This document shows, piece after piece, positions 1 through 9,239 of a stretch of 64,000 nt of DNA (position 1 is its first letter; the number at the start of each line of letters is the position of its first letter). The notes below the pieces were generated by a model, which did no database searches, was not told the origin of the DNA, and saw only the letters and a list, made by a program, of their open reading frames with translations. The stretch comes from a virus. Lineage: Duplodnaviria > Caudoviricetes. The translations under genes were made by a program, and so were the position numbers. The stretch spans positions 96,001-160,000 of the IMG/VR virus record IMGVR_UViG_3300027804_000038; one strand, 5' to 3'.

Positions 1-303
1 TCCTTTAATTTGTGGAATCATGTCATCTGATGCTAAAAGTAATATGTCCCACTCGGTAAAATTTTCTAAGTCTCTATTAACCGCATGAACTTTAGATTTA
101 CTTTCCCCAACAACAACAGACACATTCGTAAAATTTTTTAATATGTCAAAAGTATCTTGATTATTCATTTCTATATCATCTCTATCGATTGATACTAAAA
201 ATTTTACATTATTAATATCGTCACATAAATCATAATATTTTTTAAAGGTATTAAAAAATTTATTTTTTCGACCTCTAGTTGGGAATTTTACTATAATCTT
301 CAT
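1..303 (-). CDS. GT-A (GT2-like) glycosyltransferase, N-terminal part; runs off the window edge
   Basis: Not in the ORF track. Manual translation from ATG at 303: MKIIVKFPTRGRKNKFF...VHAVNRDLENFTEWDILLLASDDMIPQIKG, with a GT2-like beta1 (PTRGR) and a DD motif. Overlaps the stop of the upstream ORF by 29 nt. Confidence 0.65.
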   Translation of the reverse strand, partial: MKIIVKFPTRGRKNKFFNTFKKYYDLCDDINNVKFLVSIDRDDIEMNNQDTFDILKNFTNVSVVVGESKSKVHAVNRDLENFTEWDILLLASDDMIPQIKG

Positions 304-1933
304 TGTATAAATTAATATAACTCAATTTTATGTTTTCGGAAACAATAGACGAATAAAATTTTTGTAAATCGTTTGGTACTAAATGTAATTTTTTACTAAT
401 AATGTTACCTAAATTATCTACGTCATATATCCATCCCGATTTTCCACACATCCAACCCTCGATAGTTGTTCTTCCTAATAAAATACCTGCAGTTTCGGAA
501 CATTTATGTATATATTTTTCAACTTCGGTAGTGGGCCCAAAATGTTTAACATGAGAATTTTGTAGTACTTCAGTCAAATAATCAGATTTATTCTCACCAA
601 CTAACCATAATTCCTTACCTTCATTTTTTGACACTTCTATTAAATCAAAAATTGTATTTTTCCTTAGATAATCTATTGACCCTACAAACAATATATAATT
701 TTCAGATTTAATATTTTTAGGAGTAAATTTAGTTTCGTCTATTGGGTTATAAATAATTTCAATTTTGTCTTCACTAATATCAAAGTTTTTAATAATGTGT
801 TCTTTAATTTCAGGACGAATTGCGATGTATTTTTTAATAGACGGGTGTTTTACAGGGTTTTCCAATTCAATAACTTCTGAATGGATTGTACAGACTTTGT
901 CAACTGTTGGATAAAGCATATTCATGACTTCAACTATTGGTTTGTGCTGACAATGAATTATATCAAAATGAGGAACTTCAACCTGATAAAAATTATTAGG
1001 TACTGATGGTTGAGGTCCTTTTTCAGTCATTACCATCCATTTTCCATCCCCCATTTTAAATCCTGGGGTTTCTCTAATATTTTTAACTTTAATACCTAAT
1101 TTAGTTGCCATTAAAACTAATGGACCGTTAGTTTCTGATGCAACAACAGTTACATCACAATTTAATTTAATTAAATTTTTAGCTAATTCAAAAACATACA
1201 TCTCAGACCCTGTAAATCTTTGGAAGAAAAGACAAGATATTAAAACTTTTAGTTTTGAATTTTCATCAAATCTAACCTTAGATGGTAGGGAGTCTTTATA
1301 TTTTTCTGCAAATATTTTTCTATTAATTTCCCATTGTTCATTAGTCATTCCGATTGATTTATGGGTAATTCTGATATTTGTCATTACCCCAATCTTAACT
1401 CCCTCTATGAAATTTTTATAACAAAAATTAACATCGTACATGTGAAATCCATCTACAGATTCATCAAATTTTGATTTTATTTTATTTTTGTCTATCGCTA
1501 TAAAAACACCATCAACTACAACAACTTCTTTTAATGAATTTTGTAATGATTCAGAGTATTTTGATTCCCATTTTTTACCATTATTTTCATGATTTACAAT
1601 TCCATACATCTTAGTTCTGTCTTCCCACCACGTACCACTTTTGGGTATATGAGTCGTTCCAGCCATTCCAATTATTCCGTAATCAGGATTCTTATCAAAA
1701 TTTCTAACTAATTTTGAGGCCCAATTATTAGTATCAAAATAAATGTCATCATGGCATAACACGACAACATTGTATTCAGATTCAGATATTATTTCATTAT
1801 AAACTGTAGATAAATTTTTTTCCCCATTATTAATTTTTTCAATAATCTGTATTTTTGGGTGACCTGCAATTTTTTTTAGGTATTCTTGGAAATACGGATT
1901 TGTTTTTCTTGTGCTATATCCAATTGTAATCAT
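275..1933 (-). CDS. Two-domain glycosyltransferase: GT2-like N-terminus fused to GT4/GT-B-like C-terminus
   Basis: N-terminal VVVLCHDDIYF and FHMYDVNFC (Glyco_tranf_2_5-like). C-terminal TGSEMYVFELAKNL, DIIHCQH, IIYNPIDETKF and ILFVGSI are typical of GT4. Confidence 0.75.
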   Translation of the reverse strand: MITIGYSTRKTNPYFQEYLKKIAGHPKIQIIEKINNGEKNLSTVYNEIISESEYNVVVLCHDDIYFDTNNWASKLVRNFDKNPDYGIIGMAGTTHIPKSGTWWEDRTKMYGIVNHENNGKKWESKYSESLQNSLKEVVVVDGVFIAIDKNKIKSKFDESVDGFHMYDVNFCYKNFIEGVKIGVMTNIRITHKSIGMTNEQWEINRKIFAEKYKDSLPSKVRFDENSKLKVLISCLFFQRFTGSEMYVFELAKNLIKLNCDVTVVASETNGPLVLMATKLGIKVKNIRETPGFKMGDGKWMVMTEKGPQPSVPNNFYQVEVPHFDIIHCQHKPIVEVMNMLYPTVDKVCTIHSEVIELENPVKHPSIKKYIAIRPEIKEHIIKNFDISEDKIEIIYNPIDETKFTPKNIKSENYILFVGSIDYLRKNTIFDLIEVSKNEGKELWLVGENKSDYLTEVLQNSHVKHFGPTTEVEKYIHKCSETAGILLGRTTIEGWMCGKSGWIYDVDNLGNIISKKLHLVPNDLQKFYSSIVSENIKLSYINLYNEDYSKIPN

Positions 1934-2517
1934 ATTCCTGTACTTCCAAATCCGTTATTACCTCTATCTTTTTCTTTAATAGTATCTACTTTAATTAAAT
2001 TTACCCATCTACCGCTTATACAACTTGAGAGTACCGCTTGAGCAACTTTCATACCCTTAGTTATTTTGAACTCATGATTATTGGTATTAAAAACTATAAC
2101 TTTAATTTCCCCAGTGTAACCCTCATCAACAGTACCTGGAGAATTCAAAACCATTAGTCCTTGATTAATTGCCAAACCACTTTTAGTTCTTACTTGTAGT
2201 TCATAATTTTCAGGTAAATTAACTCTAACTCCAGTAGGTACAAGTGACCTTCCTAATGGAGGTATTATTACTTCTTCTGACGAGTATAAGTCAAATCCAC
2301 TATCTGAAGGATAGTTATATGACAATTCTTTATCAGTGGATGTATATTCTATTTTTATCTTTGACATATCAGTCATATGAGATTCAAGCTCTTTTAAATC
2401 TAATCCTAATAAATCAATTATTTCATTGTAACTGTTGTACCCATCTTCATCGGATTCCAATAATTTTTTTAAATCATCTAAACCATTTAAAATGTCTTTA
2501 TTATAATTTTCATCCAT
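1930..2517 (-). CDS. dut: Trimeric dUTPase with an acidic N-terminal extension
   Basis: All five motifs present: SGFDL, RTKSGL, GTVDEGYTGEI, KVAQAV, RGNNGFGSTG. Confidence 0.95.
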   Translation of the reverse strand: MDENYNKDILNGLDDLKKLLESDEDGYNSYNEIIDLLGLDLKELESHMTDMSKIKIEYTSTDKELSYNYPSDSGFDLYSSEEVIIPPLGRSLVPTGVRVNLPENYELQVRTKSGLAINQGLMVLNSPGTVDEGYTGEIKVIVFNTNNHEFKITKGMKVAQAVLSSCISGRWVNLIKVDTIKEKDRGNNGFGSTGI

Positions 2518-3209
2518 TAAATTAACTTTTTAATTACGTTTATTAAAACCTCCACATCTTTCTCACAATAATCCTGTATTTCTTGGTATTTGTTTTCATT
2601 CCAAAAAGCATTATGAACTTTATTACCTGTTATTTCCATTGTTTTTGGACTCTCGACCCCTAAAGAAACACACATTAATTCTAAAGATGAAATCGCTCCG
2701 AATTGACCATATTGCCAAATTTCTTTAGTATCAATTGCTTTAACTTCCCACGGTTTAGTATCATAAGTTGGTAATATTTGTGACGGTTTAATTCCATTAA
2801 TTATCATTCTTTTTGCTAAAACAGGAATATCAAAATTTTTAATGTTGTGACCACACAATACAAAATCTAATTTACCAACTCTATTTAGTAGATTATTAAC
2901 ATCCTGAAGTAATTGTTTTTCATCTGAATTAAAAAATGTTTGTTTTTTAATTTCTCCTTTAGGGTCAACAAAGGCAAATGACACACATACAATTTTTGAA
3001 AACTCAGGTACTAAAGCCGCTCTATTTATAAAAATTTCTTCTTTTTCTTTAAGACTATCCTCAGGGAATCTTTTTATAAACCAATCTAGATAGTTTATAA
3101 ATTGATATTCTAATTCAGGATAATCCGTTTTAAAATTTTCATAGTTAGATGAAATACCTACAGTCTCAATGTCCAAAAAAATTATTTTTTGTAATGGTGT
3201 TTTTATCAT
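2517..3209 (-). CDS. Stand-alone DEDDy 3'-5' exonuclease (PolB-exonuclease-like)
   Basis: ExoI FLDIET, ExoII GHNIKNFDIP, ExoIII YCEKDV. Confidence 0.85.
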   Translation of the reverse strand: MIKTPLQKIIFLDIETVGISSNYENFKTDYPELEYQFINYLDWFIKRFPEDSLKEKEEIFINRAALVPEFSKIVCVSFAFVDPKGEIKKQTFFNSDEKQLLQDVNNLLNRVGKLDFVLCGHNIKNFDIPVLAKRMIINGIKPSQILPTYDTKPWEVKAIDTKEIWQYGQFGAISSLELMCVSLGVESPKTMEITGNKVHNAFWNENKYQEIQDYCEKDVEVLINVIKKLI

Positions 3210-4420
3210 AGGATTGAGTTATAAAATTCACTTCTTGTTTTAGTTACTATTGCCAAGTCGTACCTTGTTGATACGTGTTCGTAAAGTCTTTCTCCCATAT
3301 CTTTAACCATATTTGGATTTTGTACTAACTTTTTTATTGCTTTAGCCCAATCAGAATGGTTCCTATGGTCATCGACTAATATCGCATTACCGTCAACAAA
3401 TTCTCCATTCTTTAAACAATGCGTTAAATCAATGGTGTATGGACCATAGTTTGAAGCAATTAACGCTTTCTTATAAAACCCAGCCTCAATAACCTTTAGT
3501 TGAGATTTTACTTTATTAAAAATATGTGGTTTAATTGGCGCTAAAGATACGTCAAATTTAGAGTAATTTTTGGCGTAGGATGTCACAGGTTTTGTCCAAA
3601 CTCTAATGTAATTTTCATTATTTTCATTTTCAAAAGGACTCTGAACAAATTTTTCCAAATATGTTTTATATTCTGGAGTTACAATTTTATAGTTGTCTGT
3701 GAATATTTTTTCATATTCATACCAAACAGTTTCATTAGGTTTAATTGGTCTTTGTTTTTGTTCACCTGTTTGAGGATTAATTTCGGTCATAGTCCCACGA
3801 GTATCAAAACCGCAAAGGACATATTGTAATTTATCTTTTTGGTCTGATAATTTTGCAACCATACCATCCAATAACATTAAATCATGTAAGTGTGATGAAC
3901 CTCCTAACCACCCAACTCTAAGTCTTTCACTTTCAATAGTAGGTTCTTTAAACTGAGTTTCGTTTGGGTCAATTGCGTTTGGAAGAACTACTACATTCTT
4001 GTTTATTTTTCTAATTTCATCCGCATATAATTCGGTAGTAGTTGTTACGTATTTTGCAACTTTTATATTCGCAACAATTTTTTCATGGATTTTTTGTTGG
4101 AAAATTAATTGGTGTAAAGGGTGTTCCTTAGTTGGGAGCCAATAATCATCAATATCACAAATAGTTATTATACCTAAATTATTTAAAACTGGTACAAATT
4201 CAATAGACCTATCTAAGTCCTGACCTATACTGCGATGAAAATGTACTATTTGATATTGTTTCCAAAAATTTAAATCAGTAAAATCTAAATCAAATACAAT
4301 ATCTACGTGAAAATTTTCGGGATATAGTTTTTGTAAAAAAATGTGAGGGTCGATAGACCTAAATTTACCAACACCTGTTCTATCTGAAGGTATGACTAAT
4401 ACTTTGATTTTTTCTTTCAT
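3206..4420 (-). CDS. GT-B (GT4-like) glycosyltransferase
   Basis: GVGKFRSIDPH, DIDDYW, VLPNAID, VGWLGGSSHLHDL, FNKVKSQLKVIEAG, ASNYGPY. Confidence 0.8.
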   Translation of the reverse strand: MKEKIKVLVIPSDRTGVGKFRSIDPHIFLQKLYPENFHVDIVFDLDFTDLNFWKQYQIVHFHRSIGQDLDRSIEFVPVLNNLGIITICDIDDYWLPTKEHPLHQLIFQQKIHEKIVANIKVAKYVTTTTELYADEIRKINKNVVVLPNAIDPNETQFKEPTIESERLRVGWLGGSSHLHDLMLLDGMVAKLSDQKDKLQYVLCGFDTRGTMTEINPQTGEQKQRPIKPNETVWYEYEKIFTDNYKIVTPEYKTYLEKFVQSPFENENNENYIRVWTKPVTSYAKNYSKFDVSLAPIKPHIFNKVKSQLKVIEAGFYKKALIASNYGPYTIDLTHCLKNGEFVDGNAILVDDHRNHSDWAKAIKKLVQNPNMVKDMGERLYEHVSTRYDLAIVTKTRSEFYNSIL

Positions 4421-4438
4421 AATTGTGTGTATTCCACA

Positions 4439-4467
4439 ATAATAAAAATCAAAGTCTATTTAATCAA
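4439..4467 (-). promoter_or_regulatory. Sigma70-like (early/middle) promoter for the GT-exonuclease-dut operon
   Basis: Minus strand TTGATT (4467-4462), 17-nt spacer, TATTAT (4444-4439), 18 nt upstream of the ATG at 4420. Confidence 0.6.
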
Positions 4468-4477
4468 CTCTTTTAGA

Positions 4478-5074
4478 TTAAGATAATTTTTTAACTTTCA
4501 TTATTTTACCTTCAAAAATGTGTTTACCTACTCTAAATTGAAACGTTTCTTGGCTTTTAGTTTCTGATTCGGTAATAAGCCCATTTTCTCTCAAAATTTC
4601 TTCAACAGCTTCTTTAACCATTTTTTTTAAATCGCCGTTTGTACTTTGTTGATTAGAAGATGTTTTTTGAGGTTGACTATTTGGCGCTGATTTGTTATCA
4701 CCCATAAGTCTTGCAGCCTTTTCAATTAAATCGTTAGATAATGTTGGGGTGTATTGTTGTGGTTGATTTATTGGGTTTTCAATCATTAGTTTTTTAATTG
4801 CATCAGGTAATTTAGAATTTTTAATCCTTTCTTCAGTAACAACTAAAGGTTTTTGGACTGAAGAAACTGATTGAGATTCAGGTATATATTCTTCAGGTAT
4901 ATTAAATTTTGATGGTGCTGAATTAAAAGTTTCTAACTCAGGTGATGTTATGGTATTATGCGAATAATTTTCATTAACTCCTCCAGCGGCACCACTTCGA
5001 GGCATTTCATTATGTCTATCCATGATTTTTTTAGAAATCATTAATTTTTGTAAAAATTCATTTTCGTTTGTCAT
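4478..5074 (-). CDS. Hypothetical phage protein
   Basis: 198-aa ORF overlapping its neighbour (coupled start/stop); no recognised motif. Confidence 0.7.
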   Translation of the reverse strand: MTNENEFLQKLMISKKIMDRHNEMPRSGAAGGVNENYSHNTITSPELETFNSAPSKFNIPEEYIPESQSVSSVQKPLVVTEERIKNSKLPDAIKKLMIENPINQPQQYTPTLSNDLIEKAARLMGDNKSAPNSQPQKTSSNQQSTNGDLKKMVKEAVEEILRENGLITESETKSQETFQFRVGKHIFEGKIMKVKKLS

Positions 5075-5472
5075 ATCTCTTCAATATTTTCTAAGTCAAA
5101 TTTAGCACAAAGTTTAAGTCCAACCATACCTTTATCATCTGGGTTATATAATGGTCTTGGCTCATCAAAAGTGTTAGTCGGACTTACGTTATAACTACCA
5201 ATCCTATCTAATCTAAATAATCTCCATCCTGGTAATGGTTGTTCACCTTTTTGTGCGGTATATGATGCTCCCTCTCTTTCCCAAGCTCTAATAACTCTAT
5301 TTCCCGCCTTTGACACCCCAAAACAAAAAGGTTCAATAACTCTTAAACCCTTACCTCCATTATCTTCACCGTCATAGTATATGGTAACCAAATTTTTATT
5401 CTTAATAGAATTTGAAATTTGGTCCAGTGACTTTTCTAAGATAATTTGTTTTATGGTGTTGTAAAGCTTCAT
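5071..5472 (-). CDS. Stand-alone WYL-domain protein
   Basis: LVTIYY...RVIEPFCFG...IRAW...GWRLFRLDRI matches the WYL Sm/SH3-like signature; no HTH domain. Confidence 0.8.
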   Translation of the reverse strand: MKLYNTIKQIILEKSLDQISNSIKNKNLVTIYYDGEDNGGKGLRVIEPFCFGVSKAGNRVIRAWEREGASYTAQKGEQPLPGWRLFRLDRIGSYNVSPTNTFDEPRPLYNPDDKGMVGLKLCAKFDLENIEEI

Positions 5473-5762
5473 TATGATGCGGGATACTGATAAGGTTTGT
5501 CAGATTGATACTGATTTATTTTAATTTCGTTAACTCTTTCTAAAATATCGACAGAATTACCTCCATTTACCGAATCTAAGAAAACTCCTGTTCCTTTTCC
5601 TTTAATATCTCCGTCAGAGATTGCATCAGGATTAGTTGCTCCATAAGGAGGTTTTTGTTGGTTATAATCATTTTTAGTGATTAACGCTTTTCTAGCTTCA
5701 TTTGCAATTTGTGTCAACTTGTTATCGGGTTGATTCAAATCAATTGGTTCATAAGATGCCAT
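5472..5762 (-). CDS. Hypothetical phage protein
   Basis: 96-aa ORF tightly packed in the operon. Confidence 0.65.
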   Translation of the reverse strand: MASYEPIDLNQPDNKLTQIANEARKALITKNDYNQQKPPYGATNPDAISDGDIKGKGTGVFLDSVNGGNSVDILERVNEIKINQYQSDKPYQYPAS

Positions 5763-5763
5763 A

Positions 5764-6207
5764 TTAAATTATTTTTTTCATTAATTGGTTTATTATTTTT
5801 AATTCTTCAATAACTCTTTGTTCTAATCTTAAAGATGAATTATCATCCCAAGTGTCATGTCTTTCAGATGACTTTCTATGTCTTTCCGAAGGTCTTATAT
5901 CAGACCTTTTAGTATGTTTTTTTAAATGAGAATTTTCAATACCATTATCTTGTTTAATATCTTGCGACGTTGATATATTATCTCTTTCGTTTCCCAACTT
6001 AGTGTCAATCCAATTTTTAAAATACTGACCACCTAAGCTTTCAAGTTCCCCATTCTCCATTCTATTTTTTATACGTTTCAAATTTGAGTATGATATTTTT
6101 TTTGTGTCAATCAAATTTTTAATTGTAGTATTACTTGCATACTTTTCTAAAGATGAAAGTATACTATAGTCAATGTCATAATATCTACCGTATAAATTAT
6201 TATTCAC
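5764..6207 (-). CDS. Hypothetical phage protein
   Basis: 147-aa ORF overlapping the upstream gene by 8 nt. Confidence 0.65.
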   Translation of the reverse strand: MNNNLYGRYYDIDYSILSSLEKYASNTTIKNLIDTKKISYSNLKRIKNRMENGELESLGGQYFKNWIDTKLGNERDNISTSQDIKQDNGIENSHLKKHTKRSDIRPSERHRKSSERHDTWDDNSSLRLEQRVIEELKIINQLMKKII

Positions 6208-7027
6208 TTTTTTTTAGTATTTTAATTAATTCTGATGTTGAGATACCTTCTTTATCTGCTAATTTTTTTATTGATTCTAAGTTTTTTACTAATAATTTAC
6301 TTAAAGCTTTATTTTTTTTAGAAATATCTGTGTCTTTTGATTTTTTTCCTAGTAGTATATCTTCCACCATTTTAACCATTTTTTGTTTTCTTTCTTCATC
6401 TATTTTTTCTTTTTCAGATAAAGTTTGTTTTTTTGTCTTTTTAAAAGGATTTTTACCAAAGGCTCTAACTCTATCTGCGGCGTCTATAGGGTCTTCAACG
6501 CCAAGTTCATCCATGAACACTTCCATACTATCAGGACCGTTTAAGTCTTTAGTTTCTTCCCATCCAAAGGCATCCGAAAAATCAATCTCAGTAACAACGT
6601 TGTCATCATTATCATCAATACTCTCACCCCAATAAACTCGATAGCCTCTTGTTACAGGATTATTTGTTTGGTGACTCTGAGTCACTTCTTGGTCCATAGT
6701 TCCTTTAGGTGATATTTTAGGATTATATATTGGTATTTTAGAGCTTAAAAATGTTCCGTCATAATCTACTAGTTCGCCTAACTCTGACTTCAATTTTGAC
6801 AAATGTTTTTTAATTGAATCATTATCTTTAAGTTTTTTTTCTTTAAAAATTTTAGTTAGTTCTTTTTCAATTTTATTCTTATCTTTTTTATTAAATTTAA
6901 TTGAATCGTCTTTTTTTCTAGCTTCAGTTATAACATTGGAAACACTAAAATATAAGACAATATCATTTTTACCTTCTTTAAGATAAAAATAATAAGGACT
7001 TTTAAAATATTCTTTTCTAAATTCCAT
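6200..7027 (-). CDS. Hypothetical, charged protein (possible head-associated protein)
   Basis: 275-aa ORF, first gene of the leftward operon, preceded by TATTTATA on its strand. Confidence 0.7.
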   Translation of the reverse strand: MEFRKEYFKSPYYFYLKEGKNDIVLYFSVSNVITEARKKDDSIKFNKKDKNKIEKELTKIFKEKKLKDNDSIKKHLSKLKSELGELVDYDGTFLSSKIPIYNPKISPKGTMDQEVTQSHQTNNPVTRGYRVYWGESIDDNDDNVVTEIDFSDAFGWEETKDLNGPDSMEVFMDELGVEDPIDAADRVRAFGKNPFKKTKKQTLSEKEKIDEERKQKMVKMVEDILLGKKSKDTDISKKNKALSKLLVKNLESIKKLADKEGISTSELIKILKKSE

Positions 7028-7040
7028 TAAGTTTTTTATC

Positions 7041-7067
7041 TATAAATACATGGAAATGCGTATTTAT
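7041..7067. promoter_or_regulatory. Back-to-back TATTTAT late-promoter-like motifs
   Basis: TATTTATA on minus (7048-7041) before the ATG at 7027; TATTTAT on plus (7061-7067) before the in-frame ATG at 7074. Confidence 0.6.
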
Positions 7068-9200
7068 CATAAGATGTCACAACAGAATATAAGAGAATAT
7101 AATTTTAAAAAATGGTATTTAAGACCTGTGGGTCAAATGCTTGATATAAATTTAGCCTCAGACGAAAGAGACTATAATGAGGAAGTAATATTCTCAACAA
7201 AACTAATCGGACAAGACGATGGTAATCGATTACCAATTTACTTTGATTTAAATAATACAGGGTCTTCACAGCAGATTACCATAAATTATGGAGATTACAT
7301 TTTTGCAAACACTTTAGTTTCATTAAATTATTATAACCCTAATAATGAAAATTTAAATTGCTTAACTTCAAGTACTTTATGTGACATAGGATTAACAGGT
7401 ATTGATAACGGACTTGTGCCTGAAATGACTGGTGAGACCATTAATTTTACTATGGGATTATATACAGGTACCACTAAATGGAATAGGTATTATTTTGATA
7501 GAAGACAAAAATTAATTTCCATAACTGGATATACAAATTTACCAAATGAAAGATTTTCAGGAAACACAAAAGAAACAGTATATGATATGGTATCAAAAAC
7601 TGGAGCCACTGTTGGGTATTATAATCAATTATATGGTGGATTTTATCAAGGATTTTTTAAATTATTTGGATATGATTATGAAACATTTCCTGAACGGACT
7701 AATAAAGGATGGACTGTTGAAATGTTGCTTAGAGCTCGTCAGGAAGAAGAGTTTTCTCCCACATCCGCACAAACAACTTTAAATTTAACATATCCTGAAA
7801 ATAAAAATACTTTTTTTTACTTTGGGACAAGAGCGGAAAACAAATTTTATCATCACGCTTCAGGGTCTCCTTCTTCTGATACAGGGTACACTAGAGTTAC
7901 ATCATACTTGGAGGGTTGTCTAAAAACCTGTGCATGCTCAAATACAGGGGTTACAAATTCTAGATGTATTGAGGTTTACGAACCAATGTTATACACATCA
8001 GAAAGTAATTCAAATTGTAATTGTGTTTGTGAAACAACATCTGAAGTTCTTAATAATGATAAAAATCCCCTTTATGATTCGATGTCAAATTCATTTTCAT
8101 TGCGATTATCAGGTGACCCAAAAAATCCTAAAATTTGTGTTAAAGTTTTAACTTTTACAGGAGGATGTGTTACAACAGGGACTTGTCCTACAACTGGTAT
8201 AACATATCAAACAGGATATACTATAAATGAATATTGTTCATCTAATCAAATTTTTAATTATTGTGCGAATGAAAATTCTTTATTTTTAAACACTGAACAT
8301 TGGTTTTTAATTGATTGTGTATGGGAAAGAAATTCTTATTATGATACATGTGATTTATATTATAATGGTGGATTAGGACTAATATCTAAAAATGTATATG
8401 TGAATAGTTTATCTAATAATTCTGTGTTACTTATACAACCACCAATAACCCACACTGGTAATACTCCAGCTGAAACTGTTGAAATTGTAAATCTTAATGA
8501 AAGGTGGTTGATAGAAAGAGATGAAAGATTAGGTTCGTTAAAAATATTCGTAAACGGTAAATTATTTTATGTGATTAATGGATTTGAAGAAGTAATACCA
8601 AGGGGACTAAACACTGAAAAAGAAAAACAAATTGGTGTTCCGTTTAATATGTCGTGGGGAGGTGGTACACAGGGGTTAAGAGAAAGTTTAACTTTTTCTG
8701 GATGTCCAACAAGTTTAACAGGTAATACATACATACAAGACCCTGAATCAATGCCTAATCAAACATTATCAGGTACTTCTTTATCTGCCTTAACTACAAA
8801 TATATTAATAGAACCAACTTTTGGAGGTTCTTTTGATGGGGCAATATCTCAATTTAGAATGTACGTTGAACCTTTGAGTTATCCTGAGATATTACATAAT
8901 TTTGATATATTAAAAAATCAATTCGAATTGTTTGATTTCAGATGTCCTAATTGTCCAACAGGTTTAACCTATAATATAGGATATAGTGGTAATGGAACTT
9001 CAATATTATTTTCATCCACAACACTTAGTTCGTATACTTTTAATTTATCTTATTCGTCTGAGACCTACCCAAATAGATATTCGGTAGGTAGTGGATTAAC
9101 ATTTAATAATGTTATTACTCCACCATCGTATGAAAATTCATTTTATTATTTTTATTTTTCAGGGTTTGACCAAACTATAAAAGTTAATTTCACTATTTAA
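7050..9200 (+). CDS. Cys-rich virion-type protein with a LamG/concanavalin A-like domain (probable start 7074)
   Basis: GSLKIFVNG and FDGAISQFRMYVEPLSYPEILHNF are LamG-like; about 19 Cys; Thr/Gly-rich. Confidence 0.55.
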   Translation: MEMRIYHKMSQQNIREYNFKKWYLRPVGQMLDINLASDERDYNEEVIFSTKLIGQDDGNRLPIYFDLNNTGSSQQITINYGDYIFANTLVSLNYYNPNNENLNCLTSSTLCDIGLTGIDNGLVPEMTGETINFTMGLYTGTTKWNRYYFDRRQKLISITGYTNLPNERFSGNTKETVYDMVSKTGATVGYYNQLYGGFYQGFFKLFGYDYETFPERTNKGWTVEMLLRARQEEEFSPTSAQTTLNLTYPENKNTFFYFGTRAENKFYHHASGSPSSDTGYTRVTSYLEGCLKTCACSNTGVTNSRCIEVYEPMLYTSESNSNCNCVCETTSEVLNNDKNPLYDSMSNSFSLRLSGDPKNPKICVKVLTFTGGCVTTGTCPTTGITYQTGYTINEYCSSNQIFNYCANENSLFLNTEHWFLIDCVWERNSYYDTCDLYYNGGLGLISKNVYVNSLSNNSVLLIQPPITHTGNTPAETVEIVNLNERWLIERDERLGSLKIFVNGKLFYVINGFEEVIPRGLNTEKEKQIGVPFNMSWGGGTQGLRESLTFSGCPTSLTGNTYIQDPESMPNQTLSGTSLSALTTNILIEPTFGGSFDGAISQFRMYVEPLSYPEILHNFDILKNQFELFDFRCPNCPTGLTYNIGYSGNGTSILFSSTTLSSYTFNLSYSSETYPNRYSVGSGLTFNNVITPPSYENSFYYFYFSGFDQTIKVNFTI

Positions 9201-9239
9201 GAATTATTTATTTTTTTTATTTTTTAAAAAAATAAATAA

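Noticed and set aside
9204-9239. Perfect 14-bp all-A/T inverted repeat before the GT60 gene
   Set aside because: Low complexity and weak pairing; easily arises from poly-T/poly-A tracts.
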